DNA of 32,000 nucleotides from Candidatus Midichloria mitochondrii IricVA (GTDB lineage Bacteria; Pseudomonadota; Alphaproteobacteria; Rickettsiales; Midichloriaceae): NCBI RefSeq assembly GCF_000219355.1, contig NC_015722.1, positions 1,140,001 to 1,172,000 of the forward strand, read 5' to 3'. Shown piece by piece: positions 27,624 to 32,000 of this stretch (position 1 is its first letter; each line of letters starts with the position of its first letter). The notes under the pieces were generated by a model. It saw only the letters and a program-made list of their open reading frames with translations, ran no database searches and was not told where the DNA came from. The position numbers and the translations under genes were made by a program.

Positions 27624-28613
27624 ATGAAAAAATAGCTTTGTCATGTGGCATAGGTAACGCAATCGAGTGGTACGACTTTGTTGTATATGGATACTTGCTC
27701 AGGTTATTATGGTATTTGGTTCGTTCGCTGCGGGTTTTATAGCAAGACCGATAGGAGCTTTAATATTTGGAAGAATAGGCGATAATTCCAGCTGTAAAAA
27801 AGCGCTAGCTATATCACAATATATATGATGGCCATTCCAACTACATTAATAGGGTTGTTGCCAACTTATGAGAATATAGGTATTTGGGTGCCTATTATAT
27901 TAACAGGTTTACGAATTGCTCAGGGACTTTGCTATAGGCGGTGAGTTTACAGGCTCAATGATATTTTTTAGTGGAGAACGGCTCCAAATAATAAAAAGGG
28001 ATTTTATGGCAGCATTGCAACCTTTAGAACGGTGGTGGGAGTAATTATTGGTTCTATGAGCGCTATTGGTGGTGTAATTGGTAGTTACATAAGAAGAAAT
28101 GTTATGGATCCGAAGCTCTATACTAAGGGGCGTAATAAACTGGTAAAGTTATCAGTGAATAATCTCTTCTATCAATATAGAATCAAGATGTTGCATGTTA
28201 TTTTCATAGATTTTTTACAGCAGTTGGCTTTTTTATGGTGGTGATTTTTATCGCGTCCTACTTTTGAAAATATACTAATAGGTGGTGCTGCCCAGTACAT
28301 TAATACTTTTTATATGGTTCTGTTTGCTATTTTTACTTTGGTGGGGGGCATTCTATCTGATAGGATTGATATAAAGAGAGTAACCCCTTGCGTTTTGTTT
28401 TTACCGTCTTCCTATAATTTATTTGAATTAATTCAGTATAGTAGTTATTCCTTATTACTTTGATTGCTGCTTTTCTTTTGGAAAAGACCAATAACTTAAA
28501 TTCTCCCGCCTTTTTATTAATGGGTGCTGCTTTATTATCGCTAATAGGGGTAGTAAAATTACGTGTTGATAAAAGATCTGAAGATGTTTTTCTTTTTGAT
28601 AGGGAATTATAAT
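27624..28613 (+). pseudogene. proP: ProP-like MFS (proline/betaine-type) transporter, heavily degraded and truncated by an IS
   Basis: MKK(I)ALSCGIGNAIEWYDFVVYGYL, FGSFAAGFIARPIGALIFGRIGD, MAIPTTLIGLLPTYENIGIWVPIILTGLRIAQGL and IGGEFTGSMIF are recoverable only by switching frames many times. The first shift is at the A6 run 27627-27632. Confidence 0.75.
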
Positions 28614-28614
28614 A

Positions 28615-29557
28615 ACCCCAGAAAGGTTTTGAGGTAAGTTTTAAAGAAATTATCTGATATGGTTTTAAAGAAGCTGTGTAACCGTTAGGTTCTTCTCAAT
28701 TTCACGATAAATAAGGAAAGTGGTTTCCCTAGTAGAAATATTTTGTTTGATTGATGATTTTTGCAAGCGACAACTCACGTACCAAAGATCCTTAAGAAAC
28801 TCGCAGAGACAAAGGGAACGAGAGTCTGGGATGATGCTTTCCGAAGTTATAACGATCCTCGTTTTGTTTCATTTGAGGGCATTACCGGATTCAAAGATTT
28901 TTACCTAAACTGTGTTCAAATCTCTCTCAGAGAGGAATTGCCGAAGCTTATCAGCTACAATCGCTTTGTTGAGCTGATGCGAGACGCGGTCATCCCGTTG
29001 GTCATTCTGCTGAATTGCTGCAAAGGGAAACAAACAGGTACGTTGACTCAACAAAAAGCTGGAAGGTTTGTCATAACTTACGTATTAGCCGTAATAAGGT
29101 CCTTAAAGGCATCGCTCAGCGTGGGAAAACGTCGACCCGGATGGTTCTTTGGCCTCAATGATCAAGGAGAGATTATGTCATTCACACTGACTTCGGGTAA
29201 TACAGATGATCGAGCCGCTGTCGAGAAACTGACTCAATATTTGACAGGCCTTCTATTCGGAGATCGGTGGTATATAAGCAAAAACACTGAGCAATCAAGG
29301 TATTGAGCTCATCACACGGCTTAAGAAAAACAAAACCCGCTTGCGGCTTTTAAACAACTGCTTCTTGCAGGGCGTGGATTGATTGAAACAGCCATCGGAC
29401 AATTGAAAGAGATTTGCCAAATCCAGCGCCACGGCATCGCTCGCCAAACAATTTCTTGGCAGACCTCTTTCTCAGGGCTCTTGGCTTATGTCTTCAAACC
29501 CAATATATCTCATGGAAAAATAGGCTCATGGGCATACTCCTTACGTCAAACTGAGGT
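28615..29557 (+). mobile_element. IS982-family insertion sequence, full-length but defective copy
   Basis: Termini ACCCCAG (28615) and CTGAGGT (29551-29557). Same multi-frame transposase as the 18-kb copy, including the C-terminal part IETAIGQLKEICQIQ(H)...LLAYVFKP. Imperfect terminal inverted repeats ACCyCAG..TTTGAsGTAAG. Confidence 0.9.
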
Positions 29558-29651
29558 TTTTTATCGTAAAATTGAGAAAAATTTAACGGTTACACAGCTT
29601 TTTTAAAACCATATCAGATAATTTCTTTAAAACTTACCTCAAACCTGGGGT
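29558..29651 (-). repeat. Orphan ~94-bp copy of the IS left end (leader) in inverted orientation, abutting the IS right end
   Basis: The reverse complement of 29558-29651 aligns with 28615-28712 (ACCCCAG..GTTTGAGGTAAGTTTTAAAGAAATTATCTGATATGGTTTTAAA.AAGCTGTGTAACCGTTA...CTCAATTT.ACGATAAA). Homology stops before the transposase start. Confidence 0.75.
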
Positions 29652-29652
29652 T

Positions 29653-29830
29653 AATAATATTTTAACATTATTTTGTGATGCAAATGCCAATGCATTGATT
29701 TATAACAATTCTCGAAGAAGACGAAGCATGCCTATAGAAAATTCTCATCAAGATGTTGAGTGGCGAATTTTATTTGCAGGAGATTTCTGCTGCAAAGCTC
29801 GTTTTCACGATGGCCTGCCTTGCAATTGAA
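29653..29830 (+). pseudogene. Possible ankyrin-repeat remnant
   Basis: Open frame ILTLFCDANANALIYNNSRRRRSMPIENSHQDVEWRILFAGD loosely follows the ankyrin spacing (..LL..GA..NA.....G.T.L..A...GH..VV..LL..GA). Weak. Confidence 0.25.
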
Positions 29831-30016
29831 GCTTGCAAATAGTCAGAAGGCAGGCCATATTTCCGCTGTTACAAATTCACTTTATATAGCTTTCTTGGAG
29901 AGAAATTACATATCTGCTTACTATCAACCATTTAGGCTAACAGAGGAAGATATACCTTAAATTAAAAAAGCATACATGCAGTCTTCTGTCATTAGCGACC
30001 CCAGCCCTTTCCACCA

Positions 30017-30706
30017 CTAAGGCAACATAGTAACACTGCTGTCCTTTGCGCTTGTACGCACTATGATATCGCTATCCAAGTTATTCAAATTTCTGCTGAT
30101 TATGACCCTGTGATAAGTTTTTGGCTCGATCTTTTGTTTGCGATCAAAGCCAACTTTTGACCCTAAGCGGTGATTATGCCATATCTTATGCACTTTTGCT
30201 GCATAGTTTTTCCCCTTCTCCTCGGTGCGTGAATGGTATATAGCAACAGCTTTAGCCCAATCCTTAGTGCGCTCATAATTTTGCGATAAGAAATAAGCTG
30301 CATAGGCAGTATTAAAAACTGGATTAAAAGCGTGTTCTGGTTTTTTGAAGTGTTTTTTACCGTGATAATACCAATTAATCTGAGCGCACCCAACGTCAAC
30401 TTGTTCTATACCTTTTGCCAAGACAGATTTCAAAAAATTTACTGCTTCTTGTTTAGTAGCAAAATAATGTGCCTTCCCCGCCACATTTAAAGTCCAAGGC
30501 CACGGCAATATCCTCTTATGCTTCTCATTCCATTTACCGGACTCAACAGTTGCAATTGAATGCAACAAATTACGCGGCAGCTTATATCTCTCTTCATAAA
30601 AATTGATAGCTTTAGTACAATGAAGATAATCGCTTTCTGCAGCAGCCGCTTTATTTATTGTAAGATTTATAGAAAGTAAAACTAATAACAATCTAAATAA
30701 GTACAT
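30017..30706 (-). CDS. Lytic transglycosylase (SLT domain) with signal peptide
   Basis: 229 aa. N-terminal hydrophobic leader, then LLHSIATVESGKW (catalytic Glu in the ES motif), GCAQIN, and AYAAYFL, typical of SLT family 1 enzymes. Confidence 0.85.
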   Translation of the reverse strand: MYLFRLLLVLLSINLTINKAAAAESDYLHCTKAINFYEERYKLPRNLLHSIATVESGKWNEKHKRILPWPWTLNVAGKAHYFATKQEAVNFLKSVLAKGIEQVDVGCAQINWYYHGKKHFKKPEHAFNPVFNTAYAAYFLSQNYERTKDWAKAVAIYHSRTEEKGKNYAAKVHKIWHNHRLGSKVGFDRKQKIEPKTYHRVIISRNLNNLDSDIIVRTSAKDSSVTMLP

Positions 30707-30893
30707 CCCAACTCTTCTAAATAATTATAATTAGTGAAGGGTAATTCTACAGAAATAAATCCCGGTAGTCTACATCGATATCGTAAAAGTTGTGACGAAA
30801 TACCATGCAATTTTATAAGTATATTATGTTCAGTTTGACATCGGAATCATATCACTAAAAAATTTAAACAATCAATATGAAAATTGATCTATA

Positions 30894-31913
30894 TCAAGAT
30901 AGTAAATCACTATGAGGCTTAGCATTATTTATATACTGTATGCAAGTTTCCGTTAATATCCTGCCTCTCGGAGTCCTCGCGATAAAGCCGATTTGCATTA
31001 AATAAGGCTCAATCACATCCTCAATAGTACCCTGATCCTCTGATAAACCAGCAGCGATGGTTTCAATCCCCACTGGGCCAGTTTTATAATTTCTAGCTAT
31101 ATAATTGATATAACTATAATCCAGTTTATCCAAACCAAGTGCGTCAATTCCAAGAGCAACCAAAGCACTTTTTACCATTGCCGAATCAACCACACTTTTG
31201 TTGTCATAATGAGCAAAATCCCTGGTTCTTCGAAGTAAACGCATTGCGATTCTTGGCGTCCCTCTTGAAGATTTAGCAAGCTCTTCTGCAGCCTCTTGGC
31301 TTATACCAATCTTCATAAGGGTAGCTCCTCTTGTTATAACTTTTGTTAACCCACCCACAGAGTAAAATTCTAATTTAAGTGGAATACCAAACCGATCGCG
31401 CAGAGGATTAGACAGCAATCCCATCCTAGTCGTTGCTCCGATTAAAGTAAACGGCGGTAAATTAATCTTTACCGTTCTGGCGGCCGGGCCTTCACCAATA
31501 ATTAGATCTATTATGTAATCCTCCATAGCCGGATAAAGAAGCTCTTCAACTGAGGCACTAAGTCTATGGATTTCATCTATGAATAATACGTCGTTTGGCT
31601 GTAGGTTAGTTAAAATTGCAGCTAATTCTCCAACCTTCGAAATCATTGGGCCGGATGTTACCCTAATATTCACCTTTAGCTCGTGGGCGACAATTTGCGA
31701 CAACGTGGTTTTACCAAGGCCTGGGGGGCCATAAAAAAGAATATGGTCAAGCGGCTCTTTTCTGAGCTTTGTTGCCGCTATGAATACATTTAAATTCTCT
31801 TTTAATTTCTCTTGTCCAATAAAGTCAGCTAAGCTCTTCGGTCTAAGAGCGACATCAGCAAGATCTTCCAAACTCTCCATTGAACTTGTTACGTACTCAG
31901 CTCCTCTACTCAT
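30894..31913 (-). CDS. ruvB: Holliday junction branch migration helicase RuvB
   Basis: 339 aa. LRPKSL.DFIGQ, Walker [11 protein letters not shown], Walker [10 protein letters not shown], and sensor GATTR..LLS.PLRDRFG. Confidence 0.97.
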   Translation of the reverse strand: MSRGAEYVTSSMESLEDLADVALRPKSLADFIGQEKLKENLNVFIAATKLRKEPLDHILFYGPPGLGKTTLSQIVAHELKVNIRVTSGPMISKVGELAAILTNLQPNDVLFIDEIHRLSASVEELLYPAMEDYIIDLIIGEGPAARTVKINLPPFTLIGATTRMGLLSNPLRDRFGIPLKLEFYSVGGLTKVITRGATLMKIGISQEAAEELAKSSRGTPRIAMRLLRRTRDFAHYDNKSVVDSAMVKSALVALGIDALGLDKLDYSYINYIARNYKTGPVGIETIAAGLSEDQGTIEDVIEPYLMQIGFIARTPRGRILTETCIQYINNAKPHSDLLS

Positions 31914-32000
31914 TTGATAACTCCCACTTCTTTGTTTTCTAATAAAAAAACTTTGTCAGTTTTTTTAGCTAATTCCATGTTGTGTGTCACAATAATGGTC
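31910..32000 (-). CDS. ABC transporter ATP-binding protein, C-terminal end only (continues beyond the window)
   Basis: The minus frame reads [29 protein letters not shown], i.e. the H-loop (VTH) and C-terminus of an ABC ATPase. Its TGA overlaps the ruvB ATG (ATGA). Confidence 0.7.
   Translation of the reverse strand, partial: TIIVTHNMELAKKTDKVFLLENKEVGVIK

Noticed and set aside
28615-29651. Interpretation of the 28.6-29.65 kb element as an IS with ~95-bp perfect-ish terminal inverted repeats.
   Set aside because: Two other copies (14227, 18215) terminate at the same internal position ACCTCAG with unrelated flanking DNA. That terminus is itself an imperfect inverted repeat of the left end. 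The extra 94 bp is better explained as an orphan inverted leader.
30894-32000. ruvB preceded by an ABC ATPase (ATGA overlap) instead of ruvA.
   Set aside because: Translational coupling with an unrelated upstream gene is common in compact genomes. ruvA may be elsewhere, and there is no further signal.
1-32000. CRISPR arrays, rRNA genes, tmRNA, or additional tRNAs.
   Set aside because: Scanning the intergenic regions by eye, I found no regularly spaced direct repeats, no rRNA-like conserved blocks, and no second cloverleaf. The only repeats found are IS-derived or the short ones reported.

Overview
AT-rich chromosomal segment that looks like an obligate-intracellular, Rickettsiales-like alphaproteobacterium. 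That assignment is an inference from gene content, not a database result. Conserved housekeeping genes: dnaK, cutA, RNase P RNA, tRNA-Val(GAC), radA, cvpA, an EamA transporter, cytochrome b561, typA/bipA, petA-petB of the bc1 complex, an SLT lytic transglycosylase, ruvB, and the 3' end of an ABC ATPase. These are interleaved with heavily decayed accessory DNA. (1) Four copies of one defective IS982-family element (1-505, 14227-14692, 18215-19147, 28615-29557) plus an orphan inverted IS end (29558-29651). (2) At the 3' side of tRNA-Val, a remnant resembling the cargo end of a Rickettsiales amplified genetic element (RAGE/OtAGE-type conjugative element): Ti-type traD, a spoT-like HD hydrolase with an in-frame stop, a frameshifted histidine kinase, an intact orphan Dam methyltransferase, and orphan ORFs. 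(3) Remnants of an RcGTA-type phage tail module (DUF2460/g12-like and DUF2163/g13-like pseudogenes), separated by an intact DASS anion transporter and cut off by an IS derivative. (4) An accessory patch holding an AAA-ATPase-like/PDDEXK pseudogene, a proP-like MFS pseudogene, ankyrin-like remnants, and an intact 566-aa orphan protein with a complete kinase-like catalytic motif set. That protein is the best candidate for new biology here. A recurring feature is 1-nt frameshifts at homopolymer runs, including in radA, the EamA transporter and petA. In petA the twin-arginine/TM anchor is encoded out of frame between two homopolymers. No rRNA genes or CRISPR arrays were seen.
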